From Moniliella sp. 'wahieum' (Eukaryota): a stretch of DNA of 64,000 nucleotides. Positions 24,538 through 36,184 of the stretch are shown here, in pieces. The position numbers and the translations under genes were made by a program. How positions within the stretch are numbered: position 1 is the first letter of the stretch; each line of letters begins with the position of its first letter. The stretch spans positions 1,116,001 through 1,180,000 of the forward strand of contig RSEE01000006.1 of NCBI GenBank assembly GCA_003971905.1. The letters run 5' to 3'. A model generated the notes under the pieces. The model did no database searches and had not been told where the DNA came from. It saw only the letters and a list, made by a program, of their open reading frames with translations.

Positions 24538-25034
24538 ATGGACGCCTCCGATCCGCCCGACACGGCATGGGTGCGTTGGCCATTGCCTCCCCTGCCTTCT
24601 CTTCCTCGACTCTCCCCAACTGACGCATATCTTCCTGCCTGTCCAGGGCGCCGCTGAGCCAGCCCCCGAGGCCAGCACCAACGATTTGGTCGAGAAGGAG
24701 AAGCTCATCCAGTCCGTATCCCGCGCCCGCTCCCCGCTGTCGTGCCTGCTGCTGCTAACCCTGTGGTCTTGCACTGGCCCCTTGCCTTGGTTCGTTGCTC
24801 GACAGCGAACTGATCAGTCTGCAAAGTGGTCTGCGCGGTACGTGGTAACCCTGCTCTGGTCTGCCTCCCTGTCTGTTGTGCCTTGTCTTAACCCACTCCT
24901 CTCCTTCGCCCGCAGCCCTGGTGGAACGGGTGGACGCTGTCAAGACCGATTGCGAGAAGCGCGAGGCCGAGAACGATATGCTGCAGACTTACATTGACAG
25001 CATCACCAAGAGCTTGGCGGCCAAGTCGGTCTAG
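24538..25034 (+). CDS. SLO1: Short coiled-coil protein SCOC/Slo1 (4 exons, ~82 aa)
   Basis: Exons 24538-24570, 24647-24711, 24806-24837 and 24916-25034 splice in frame to MDASDPPDTAWGAAEPAPEASTNDLVEKEKLIHELISLQSGLRALVERVDAVKTDCEKREAENDMLQTYIDSITKSLAAKSV. This matches the SCOC pattern EKxxLIxxxxxLQxxLxxLxxRVDAVK...ENxxLxxYI. Confidence 0.85.
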
Positions 25035-25876
25035 CCGCGACGTGTAGTAGCCCGTTTCGTTGTTGCTTGCACCGGCTTGCGTGACACAAGAAGGTGGTGG
25101 GGTCAGGGTCAGCGTTCCGTTCGCCGTGGTAGGCCGAACGCGGCACATGCCTTCTCGTTGGCTGAGGGAATGATGAATTGACCAGGGTAAGGGCCACACT
25201 TGTCCCCCTTCTACGAGCGAGTTTCTTTCCCCCCGCTATCTTGCACACGCCGATGGCAATGTCTCTATCCTTGGAAGACGGATGCTCCTGAGCTTGCTGT
25301 ACTCTCCTGTCTTCCTGTTCTGTCATCACAAAAGGCCCTGGGACACGCAAGACGATGGAGCGGTGGATTCCATCGTCCAATACAAGGATGGCTCAGCGTT
25401 GATGCGGTCCCCTGGCGTTCCTCTATGTCAACTAGAGGTGGAGGTCTCTGCAACGCATCCTAGAACGAACCCCTTGAACACCAATGGGACCCATCCTCCC
25501 CTGCTTGCTAACAACGTCGTAGTTGGGTCCTCTGCAACGCAACGGGGCTGGTCTCAATGGGGAGAGGTGGCGACAACGGTAGGCGAACCGACTTGGGATG
25601 TAGTTGGAGAGAGGCTTACCAACGAGTAGGTGGTGGCGGGTGGGGCGCCACTTGGGATGCTGGAGCCTACTGGAGCCCAGCTGAAGCGCTGAGCTGGTGA
25701 TTGATGCTTGCAATCACCTGATCAATATTGTTCGGCCCTGTCGCCGGCCATAGATGCGGCGTAAGACCGAGGGGCAGCACTCCCGCTTTTGCTTTGATTA
25801 ATCGGCTGATTTTGCTCATTTAATTAAATGCTGGGCCTGTGCCTGTGTCTGCCTAGGCCACAATGTCGGGTGCCAG

Positions 25877-25886
25877 TGCCACGTGG
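25877..25886 (+). promoter_or_regulatory. UPRE-like bZIP site TGCCACGTGG upstream of ERO1
   Basis: About 160 bp upstream of the ERO1 ATG. Fits the Hac1/XBP1/Cib1-type GCCACGT core, and ERO1 is a canonical UPR target. Confidence 0.6.
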
Positions 25887-26045
25887 AGCAGTACCTCGTT
25901 TAAACAAAGCGCCGGTACACCTCCTTCTGTCCACCCCCTCCCTCGCGCCGCCCATCCACCACCCATCCACCACCATCCACCACCATCATCACCACCGCCA
26001 CCTCCATCCGCTGCGTGCGCCCCGCCTTATCTGTTCTCTCCTCCA

Positions 26046-27888
26046 TGCTCCCAAGAGGCGCCTCGCCAACCTGCCTGCGATATGCGTCGCTCTGGGTGTG
26101 CTGTGTGCCGCCACACCCCTGGGCTGAGGCCAGCGCGGAGCTAAGGGGGCTCCTGTCCCACGCTCTCTCGGCCTCTCCGCCGGGCAACGTACACAGCCCA
26201 TCACCCAAGGATCTGTACGCGGCCCCACTCGCCAACTGCACATTACGTGGACCGATTGAAAACGCGCAGTGCAACTACGAAGACGTGGACGCCATCAACG
26301 ACGACTTTTATGCCCAACTCCAGTCCATCGTCGCCACGCCTTACTTTCGCTACTACAAGACCGACCTGGACAAAACCTGTCCCTTTTGGCCAGATGACGC
26401 GCTTTGCACCAATCGTAATTGTGCTGTTCAGACGCTGGATGAAGTACGTGCGCGCAACCTGTCTCTTTGCCCCATCGTTCGCCAACTGACCCCATGTCCC
26501 TCTTCCCCCCTGCCCAGTCGGATGTACCAGAAAAATATCGCACCAGCACCCTCTCCTCTGTCTCCACCACCCCGACGAGGTGGTGGCCAATCTAACAGGA
26601 GGTACCGGCGCGACAACATGCCATTGTGACGAGACGGACTTTTGCCATTGGGATGACGAGTATTCGGCCAATGCGGTGTTTGTTGATCTGAACAAGAATC
26701 CGGAACGTTTTACGGGCTATGGGGGGGCTTCATCCGGTCGGGTATGGAAGAGCATCTATGATGAAAACTGTTTTGGTGTCCCAGGCAAAGCCGGTTCTTC
26801 CGCCCGCCTTCCTGCCAATGCCGGGGCTGGGGCCGGGCTCGGCTCAGATGTAAGCAGCAATCCGGCCGCTTCGCACCTCTTTGCTTCTTTTCTCTCCTCG
26901 ATGCAACCTGAGCAGGTTGACGATGCGGCAGAAGAGGAGGCCGAGAGCAAAATGAGATGTGCATGGAGAAGCGCATCTTTTATCGCATCCTCAGTGGCCT
27001 TCATGCTTCCATCTCGATCCACATTTGCGATGAATTTTTGGACAAGGAGACGGGCACATGGGGTCCGAACGAAAAGTGTTTCCGTTTCCGGATTGCCAAC
27101 TTTCCCGACCGGTTGCAAAACCTGTACTTTGACTATGCCCTCTTTCTCCGCGCGCTCGCCCGCGTCGGCGAGCAGGCGCGCACCAACCCAGCTTCACCAT
27201 CACCTCGGCCGGCAACGAGATTGACGATGCGCGAGCCAACATGCCTTTGACCAACTCCTCCTCTCTGCGACCAAACTCAAACCCACATTTGATGAGCGCA
27301 CTCTGTTTTCCGGCCCAGACGCCGTCGGCCTGCGCGACGAGTTTAAGCATCGCTTCCGCAACGTGACGTCCATCATGGACTGTGTCGGATGCGACAAGTG
27401 TCGGCTGTGGGGCAAGTTGCAGACCAGTGGCGTGGCCACCGCACTCAAGATTTTGTTTGCGTACGACGACAATCACGACACTCACGACGCCACGACGGTC
27501 ACGCCGATCCTGTCCCGTGGGATCCTCCCCCGCACCGGCCACCGCACCCGGCACCCATCGCTCCCTCAAACGATCCGAACTCGTCGCGCTCGTCAACACG
27601 GCCAACCGATTCGCCGAGAGCCTCAAGGCCGTCCAACGGTTCCGCTCCATGTACCTGGAGCAGCTTGAGCTCGACCCAGCCCAGCAGCCGCCTGCTCCTA
27701 CCGCCCTCCCATCGCCCCCCGACCAAAGCAACCTATCGGGTGCACCGGGAGTGGAGGTGAAAGCGAAAGCGGAAGGGGAAGGGCAAGGGGAAGAGGGGAG
27801 GCAGGTGCCACTCCCTCGGCCCGCGACCACACCTTCCACCTCGGCCTCGACCTCGACTCTCCACCCGTTCCCCGCTGCTGGCTCATGA
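26046..27888 (+). CDS. ERO1: ER oxidoreductin Ero1
   Basis: [60 protein letters not shown], active site [28 protein letters not shown]. Intron 26444-26517. Confidence 0.95.
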
Positions 27889-28682
27889 AGACTTGTAACT
27901 AGGACGCAGGTGTTTGGCTTGCTGGGTTTTGGGTACGGGGTACTGGGCACGGCACCCCCGTTTCTCCGGTACTGTGCTCGGTTCTTGCCGTTCCCACTTG
28001 GACGTTGGAACGAGCGCGCGGGGCGGGTCTATGCTCTGCTCTACTCTACTGTAATGGTATAATGCGCACTTGGCATGATACGCACGAGGCTAGTGTATTG
28101 GGTTATTGAAAAGGGTTGGGTGTGGCCATGCAACTGCTACAGTATTTTTTCCTTCAGAACAGTCGAACCCCGACGGAAGGATAAATAGCCCCCATGGTAA
28201 GCCTCATTGCCAGCTCGCGTCCCATTAGCCACGGTAGATTGTTTGCCCAGCTTGCCAGCACACGTCGAGCGAACTCTCACCTCTCCCCCCCAAATTAACG
28301 ACTCGAGGAACTTCTCTTTGAACTCCCTGTTATGCCAACCGGGGCCGTCATGTATCTGTGGGGGAGAGAGCACACGCTACCTAACAACAAGGAAAGAAGC
28401 ACAACATGGAATTTAAGGGGAGCACTGGTCAAAGCACACAAGGAGTCTTTGCTCCCACGGTCGTAGAGAGGCGTTTCGTAAGATATACAACGAGCTCGTC
28501 TCCCCCGCGCATGGTACATGGCGGGAGGAGAGACAGACGTTTGGATGCTGGACAGACGGAAGAAGAACTACGCGCTCTCCCTCTTGTGAGAGAGCGCGTT
28601 TCGGTAAAGTCTTGGCATGATCATGGGTAGGCAACGGTCAAGGGCGCCAAGGGAGCCGGGACTCGGGTTGTGGGGCCCTGAT

Positions 28683-29054
28683 TCAAGCCCACATCCACAC
28701 TGCGCATCCAGCGTAAGGAAAGTCAGTTGCCATCTTACCTTCCCCGATCAAAGAGCTTAAAGGCAAAAGGGAGAGACGGGGGGTCGATTACTCTCTTTAC
28801 GCACCCTCGGATTGGCGTTTGAGTCCTACGACAAAAAGGCTCGCGCTTAGGCCCACGGCGAGCGAAGGAGCGAGCGACCAGAGAACGGGGCGCTTAGGGG
28901 CGTTGGCAGCCTGATGAGAGTGGGGTTGGGGCTGAGGTTGCGGAGCGGCGGGCTTGCGTGCCACGGGCCGCGCCAGCGCCGGCTTGGTGATCGTCTTGGG
29001 CATCCGCAGCGGAGCGCGCGCGGTCGAGTTGCGCACAAGGGTCGAGGCGAACAT
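28683..29054 (-). CDS. Small orphan protein (~85-88 aa): mitochondrial presequence-like N-terminus plus one C-terminal hydrophobic segment
   Basis: ORF MFASTLVRNSTARAPLR...VLWSLAPSLAVGLSASLFVVGLKR with an upstream TATA box and CT-rich leader. A likely intron at 28700-28804 (GTGCGT..ACTGAC..GCAG) would change the end to QSEVWMWA*. Confidence 0.6.
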
Positions 29055-29141
29055 GGGGCGAGAGTGGGAGGCAGACGAGGCAGAGGCGAGGAGACAGAGG
29101 GGCGTCGGGGAAGCAGCGTCAGCGAGGTAGGCCGACGGCGG

Positions 29142-29155
29142 CTTTTATACTTATA
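29142..29155 (-). promoter_or_regulatory. TATA box (TATAAGTATAAAAG) of the small ORF
   Basis: AT island in GC-rich DNA about 90 bp upstream of the ATG at 29054. Confidence 0.6.
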
Positions 29156-30509
29156 CGCTCCGCGGGGAGGGAGAGTAACCAAGGCAGCGCAGCCAGACCG
29201 CGCAGTGCAAGGTGCGGACATCGTCCTGTGGCGCTCTGCCACGCCCCGCGCGCACAGGCCTCGGCGCAGAGGGGCAGTGTGCCTGCGTGCTCCGGCACGG
29301 GCGTGTGGGACGCTGGAGCGCAGGGAGCGTGATCCATCCGATGATTGGCCGGTGGCCCTTGGTACGTCTAACCCCCCCAGCGAAACAGAACAGAGAGAGT
29401 TTGGGGCTGGGGGCTGCACACTGCCCCCCAGCCTACCCCGCATTCTGGCCTGATTCACCATATATCACCATTGAATATTGATGTGCATGGATCATCGATC
29501 AGGGACGCATCCTATGCGATGGAACAGAGGGGAGAGGGTCCCCGGTCCAGCTGCCAGCCTGGGCCAGATCAATGATCGGCCTAAGCCAGCTGCCACAGCG
29601 CTTGTACGCATGCCAGTGTGCCTGCCTGGAAGCCCCGGATTTCACGCCCAACGTTGGAACACATCCTGCACTTGTGGTGCTATCTCCGTTCCTCTTCCTG
29701 GCCCTTTTCTCCAGTCCCATTATTATTTTCCCCCCGGGATCCGCAGTGTGCCCAAGCGTGTATCACCTCCCTCCCGTCCCCGGTCCCCCTTACAGCCTCA
29801 TCGACCGGGACCTCCAGCAACGTTACTGGCTCACGCGCTCACACGAAACCACAGTTCTGCCTCTGTGATCGATTAGCCCCACATTCGGCGCTCCCATTGG
29901 TGATCGTCCTCTTCATCTATAGCCGACGTGTAATGGGCATGGGATCAAAACGTGTCTTTGCCCATCCCCATCAATCATCTCATCAACGCCATCAGTGCAT
30001 CAGCACGTGCCAACGAGGATGCTCTGATCTGGAACGGCCTTTAGGTGCACCACGGTCGCCACCCGTTGGTTCCTAGCCCGGCGCCACGGAAGGTGGATCT
30101 ATTCCGGAGACGGAGACAGAGGAGCATATGTGTTTCTCCGATCTGACAGACCAGGCTGTTGTGGGGTCTGGGCGGGGTCGACACATCCCACAGTGCCGTG
30201 CGAGGCGGCCCCGTTTCGCCTCTGTTCCGCCCCCTTCGCTGTGCCTCCGTGCTGCCTTCCCCCTGATTGCATCCACACCCACTTCTACCCCCTGCCTTGC
30301 TCGCCTGCCACTGCCACAAGTGCATTAAGGTGCGGGGTCTGATCTATCAGGTTTCTGCGTCCTATTGCGATCGAGGTTCGTGGGATCAACCACACCTGGT
30401 CATACAACACCGTCACCAGGTTGGCTGGACCCTCTGATCTGTGCTAATAGACCCTGTTTTTCCCTTTGCCTATCCTCCCCTTTTCTCTGTCTCCTGTGAC
30501 ACACAGCTC

Positions 30510-32600
30510 ACATGTTCTCTTCTCTCGAGGTATACTTAACTTGTACCTCGCCTCCTTTCTCCTCGATCAATATGATGCTGAAGTAGGAGGGAATGGAGGG
30601 CGTGGTTCTGAGGAGAGGTACTGGGGTATGAGAAGGGCAGGACCTTATATAGCAGAGGGTGCCGGGGAGCAGAGGGTGCGCCCGGGCGGATAAGAGGGAT
30701 GATGCATGATGCCTACACAGGGTGGTGTGATTAGGGGTAAGGACATCGCATCACCTCATCCTGTTCCCATCTTCATCTCCTGTCACATGTCACATGTGTC
30801 AGGCTTGGAATTTGACCCCACTCAGCCTTCCACTTTCAGCCCAACCACCCACCCCATTTTCGTTGGACATCTCCTCCCCCCCCTACCCCATGTCCAACAG
30901 CCGCACGCACGCCACTGCGCTCACCACGCCCACCCCCGAGATGGACGACTTCTCCGACGCCAACAATACTTCGTTGACCTCCGCGCCCCCCCCCCCCCGC
31001 CCCTCAGGATCGGCCCTCCCCCCCGTGATCACTTCCCCCACCCCCCCTGCGGATCCAGACGTACAAGCTCTTATCGCGGCCACTGTCGAGGCTCTCCTCC
31101 CGCACCTCAAGGACCTGGTAAACTATCGAGCGTCGCCAATCCCGCGCCCGCGCCCGAGACTGCGCCTACCGCACCACCCCCCTCCTCGAACCCCGTGCGT
31201 CCGGTCGTTCGTCGCTCCCGCGTTGACGGGCATAAAGCCCTGATCGACGCCATGGCCACCTAGCGTGTTACCCAAGATCCCGTCCCTGTCACCATCGCAT
31301 TGTGGAGCTGCGGGCCCGTTTCGACGCAGCCTTCCGCGACGTTGACGACTTATGGCAGCATATGCTCGTTGAAGCCATGCGGAACGACATGCTTGCGATC
31401 CAGTGCCGTGACCTCTCTTTCGACGAGACGGTGAGAAGGGCGTACACCGCCAGCTCCTTTCCCGTTCAAGCCCACTGCCTTCCCACAGCCTACACGTATC
31501 GGCCGGAACCTTCTTTCTGCTCGCAGCCGGGGGCTACCGCCTCAACCCTAGCCCAGGCTCGGAATCGGCGCCGCAACGCGCCTCGACGTCCCGCCCGAAC
31601 CGCGCCAACCATCCCCGTGTGACCGCCCCCACTGCCGCTCCCAGCCTGGGGACCAACTCTGGTAGCCCGAGGCCCTCTGCCACGCTGCCGCCGTCCCCAA
31701 CGTCTCCTTCAACTCTCTCCACTCTTCCGGACGCAACCCCTTCCGAGCAATTCCAAAGCGAGTCTTTTGATCGCTCCGCCCTCCACCCTTTCGGACGCCT
31801 GGCCCGGGTGCACAACCCCACTGCCCGCAAGGGCCATGTCAGCCGCGCGCAACAGTGCATCCAGGTTGGCTACGACACACACTCGGAGAAAATGGCGGCC
31901 ACGCGTTCATTGTGACACCGACTGGGCTCCGACCAGCTCCAAGAGCGTAAATAAGTTTCCGCCACGATGAGTCCCTAACGGGCGACGATGACGACGCGGC
32001 CACGGCCCCCTTCCCCGGGGCGGCTCAGCCCCATTCCCACGTCTGCTCCCCTCCATCCCTTCGGCCGTACTCCACGGCGGCGCACTTATTCTCCCCTTTT
32101 CGACCGTGACACCCCCCCCCCCCCCCTCCCCCTCGCTTTTGGCGACGAATCCGGACCCTAATCTCTTCACGTACACGGCTGCCATGGACAGCGTATGACA
32201 GTGTATGGGCCCCCGATTTCCGTACGGCAATGGAGGCTGAGCGCGCCAACATGCGTGACGTGTTGCTTCCCGTCGACCGTCGACCAGTTTGAGGGCGTCA
32301 AGATCATCCTCACGGAATGGGTTCTAACCTGCCGGCCCAAGCACAACGGCAACGTCCGCGTCAAAAGGCGCATCGTGGCGCGTGGCGACGTTCAGCCGGC
32401 AGACATCTAAGGCTACGCACGCGGTTCTGCTCTCCCTCATAGCTGGTGTCATCGCCCTGGCATGTTCCCTCGCCTCCTTTCTCCTCGATGAATATGATCC
32501 TCATACGTTCCCCCATCTCCATCTCCTGTCCTTCCCCCGAAAGACGAAGAGATTGTGGGATGATAAACCCGGCGCCATTGGACATCTCTTTTTCGTTTCT
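30510..32600 (+). mobile_element. Degenerate, internally deleted Ty1/copia LTR retrotransposon relic
   Basis: Gag-like Pro-rich start at 30890. Integrase C-terminal motif TPSEQF...LHPFGRLARVHNP...RAQQCIQVGYD (~31733-31890) precedes the RT N-terminal motif KIILTEWVLT...VKRRIVARGDVQ (~32290-32395), the copia INT-RT order. A 31-bp direct repeat with one mismatch flanks it (30546-30576 vs 32468-32498). Boundaries approximate. Confidence 0.75.
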
Positions 32601-33060
32601 ATATCCAGTTCACCGATCGTACTCTATTATCTACCAGGCCCCTAGAGGGGCCACAGAATGTCCCCAGAAAGTCGTGGTGGAAGCGCCCGGATGCTCGTGC
32701 TCGCCGAGGACCCCGAGTGAGGAGGCGAGGCCATCGCGATAAGCGGCATCCGACGTACACGCTTAATAGATCCCTGTTCAATTGTCCCCTCTGCGGGACG
32801 GGGGTAGTGTGGTGCAAAGCAAGGTGGGTGCTCCTTGTAGGGTTGCTCGTCGGTGGGGCCAGCCTTGCTGCCGGCACGCTGTTGAAACTTGAAACGAGGC
32901 GCGGCCGAGGGAGGTGGGAGCGCGCAGGCAGACTGGTGTGGTGCCGGGGGTGGAATTAGTAATGGCGCGGCGGACGGCCTGGCGGTCGAGGCGGCTGCTT
33001 CGGCCGGCTGGCGCTGCTGCGGCTGCTGCTGCCCCCCCACCACCGACGGACCAGCCGGCG

Positions 33061-33812
33061 ATGCTAGCCCCCGCGCTCTCCTCCCTCCCGCGCCTTGGTT
33101 CGTCCCACCCCTCTCCGCGTCCGGTGCCGTGCTGACTCCGCCTGCTCTTTCTTCCCTTCCTCCAGGGGCCATCAGCACCGCTCGTGCTGGCCTTCGCGCC
33201 GCGCTCCCCGCGGCCGCCTTTCGCCCCTTGTCCACCTCTGCTGCCCCGGCGCAGGCGCTGGAGCCCATCCCGCCCCCGCCCAAGGAGTGGACCGTCATGG
33301 CCGACGCTGGCTCCAACCAGCAGTCCCTCGAGACGCCCCAGAACAAGGCCGAGTGGGTGCTGACCAAGATGGACCAGATTGTCAACTGGGGCCGGCAGGG
33401 TTCGCTCTGGCCCATGACCTTTGGTTTGGCGTGCTGTGCCATTGAGATGATGCACTGCTCTACCCCGCGGTACGACCAAGATCGACTGGGTATCATTTTC
33501 CGTGCCTCGCCGCGTCAGTCGGACGTGATGATTGTCGCTGGCACGTTGACCAACAAGATGGCCCCCGGCTTGCGCAAGGTGTACGACCAGATGCCCGAGC
33601 CACGGTGGGTAGTGTCCATGGGCTCGTGCGCCAATGGCGGCGGGTACTACCACACTACGTACTCGGTCGTGCGCGGGTGCGACCGCATTGTGCCAGTCGA
33701 CCTGTACGTCCCTGGATGCCCGCCCACGGCCGAGGCGCTGCTGTACGGCCTGATGCAGCTCCAGCGCAAGATGCGCAGGAACCGCAAGTCGGTCTTGTGG
33801 TACCGCAAGTAG
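33061..33812 (+). CDS. NDUFS7: NADH:ubiquinone oxidoreductase PSST (20 kDa Fe-S) subunit
   Basis: [57 protein letters not shown]. Presequence exon [13 protein letters not shown] with intron 33098-33165. Confidence 0.97.
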
Positions 33813-34441
33813 ATGGACGCTCATGGCTCTGTATCACCATGCTCTCATCCCCCACGCTTGGTTCCAGTTTGTAGTTGATTAGGTTTTCCACATACATTTT
33901 CTCTTACGAGGGAGCGCACGAACGCGAGGAATCGCGTTAGCCTGAGGGTTGCCGGTCCGGTTGAAGAAAGCGTGCTGTCCAAATGCTGTTGTGGTCTGGG
34001 TGTGGCCAAAGACGGGAGTGCATCTTCCGCAGCGTTCCCGGAAGCACATCTGTGGTGGTAGCGGTCGAAAGGCAACAACCTCACCGTTGGAGGAAGATGG
34101 GGCACTACGGTGCAGGTTCCTACAGGAGTGGTTTCGTGGCTGTAGCAACTGATTTTGATAATCGGTAACTACAGAAAAAGATGGTGCATACCGTGAGGCA
34201 TATATTTTGCTACGACCGAGATGGCCGAACGGGGTTGACCAAGGCAGCGTCACGTAAGGAACGTGCCTCACGATCGCCGCTTTGGCCAACCTAGTTACCG
34301 GGTGCATACAAGCCCACCGGCGACACCCTCACCCCACGCGCACGTCTGAGCTGAGGCAGGTGCCTAGTCGGCACAGGATCGGGGGGGGGAAGGTGGATGA
34401 AGGTGGGAGAGAAGACAAAGGGGACCAGGGAAACCGGGCAC

Positions 34442-34966
34442 TTAGTCAAACAGACCGAAGCCCATGTCGTCATCAGACTCCTCCTCCTCTTCCTCCTTCT
34501 TCTCCTCGGCGGGGGCAGCCGCCTCACCGCCAGCGGCCGGCAGCGGCCGGGGCAGCACCGGCGGGTGCAGCACCCACGGCACCAATGCCGGCAAGCAGCT
34601 CCTTCACGTCCTTGCCCTCCAGCGCCTTGGCGAGCAGAGTGGCCCACACCGGCTCCACTTCCACCTTGGCGGCCTTGGTCAGGGTGGTGATCTTCTCAGC
34701 CTGTACAAGAGAAGATAAGTCAGCTCCGGGCTCAAGGTAGAGACACCCAGGACCTGTCGGGGACCCCGGTTGTGGCGGCGCGACCAGTCAACGTCCCGGA
34801 TGCAGCGGCGGTCCAGTCCTGGCACCACATCGTACCTCCCCCCAGGGCAGGCCACACCATTGAGTGCACTTTACCGAGACGGAAAGTGGAAAGAATGACA
34901 TACAGAGATCTCGACGTGCTCGTCAGCAAGGATGAGGGTCGCGAGGGTGGCGGCGTTGGCAGACAT
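34442..34966 (-). CDS. RPP1: 60S acidic ribosomal protein P1
   Basis: [57 protein letters not shown]...[15 protein letters not shown]. Intron 34701-34903; one apparent indel in the Ala-rich hinge. Confidence 0.95.
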
Positions 34967-36184
34967 GTCGAACAGACGGGCAAAGTGGTGCTTGGCTGGA
35001 GGAGACGCGCACCACCACCGCGAGCAACGGTCTGGGAAGCCCGGGATGGAGGCTAGGGTTAGTACCGAATAGGGTTCTAGGCGCAATTAAATCGCCCCGG
35101 AACACGCAGTGACCCGCAAGATGAAAGATTCATCTGTGTGCGTCCGACCTGGAGTAAATTCCCCCCCGACCGCCATCCAGGACAACCGCGCTTGCTGAGC
35201 GGGGCAGGAAAGAGGACAGGGTCGCTGTATACGATGTGCGTCGCCTTGCGCGTGCTCTTTCACTTGATGCATTGCAGGCGCATTCCGAATGGCATCTGGG
35301 GAGCGAAGCGATTACGAGCCTGGGTAGGCGTGGTGGGAGCCCATGGACAGAGATGGTAGATCTGGTCGGATGCCCACTGACAGCCAGCTGTTTTGGGGCA
35401 CAGTGGGTCTCATGGGGGGGGGACTTGCCGTTGACTGCACTAGACGACTGGGCACCCGCATGCATGACCCTGATGGTAGCGCTGAGAGTATCCAACGGAG
35501 TTTGTACTTTCCCCATCATTGTCGACACTCAGGCTGAACATGCACCCTTTGTGGACCGATGCGGCTCTCCGAGCTTTGAGTGCAGTTGCCCTGCCGTTTC
35601 AGTATTGCTGTCGATTGCTAGGTATCGAGGACGAACTGAGGGGGGGCATGGTTATAGGGAAATAGGGCAATGAAAGAAGGTGCCGCCGCGACTAGCCTGC
35701 GGTTGGGGAGCGAACAATGTGAATGAGTGGTACGCTGCACGTATCGACCGGGTGCTGTCAAGGGTAGAGGTGAGCGGCGAGCAGAGGCGAGAAGGGGGAT
35801 GAAAGAGGAAGCTGGTGAGGGTAGGAGGTGTAGCCATCCCGCCAACATATAGTCCAGATTAGTTAGAACTGAGAGTTGGACATGCAATTCCCAACCTCGT
35901 CCTGTTGTCATGTTCGTGCAGGCAGGACATCAAGATAGAGTGAGCTGAGCCCACGAGGTGGAGTGGTATCGTTGTATGTACTCTTGCTACGTCGTCTATA
36001 ATGAAAAGGTGAGGTGGCATCCATCCATCGAATGGCTCAGTGTGCAATACGTTGCACATGCCTTCCGTCGGCGTTGGTGCAGGAAGGAACAGATGCATAG
36101 AATGATGGGCATAGGTCAAACTCAAACGACAAACGCGCCGACATACGCATGAAGCCTTTGATTTGAGTGCAATGAAGATTAGAC

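Noticed and set aside
25003..25713. Minus-strand ORFs between SCOC and ERO1, and an ATGATGA C-box-like motif near 25170
   Set aside because: No recognisable domain, and no convincing D box with a terminal stem for a snoRNA.
28155..28180. GGTTCGA B-box-like motif on the minus strand
   Set aside because: No T-stem or cloverleaf can be formed.
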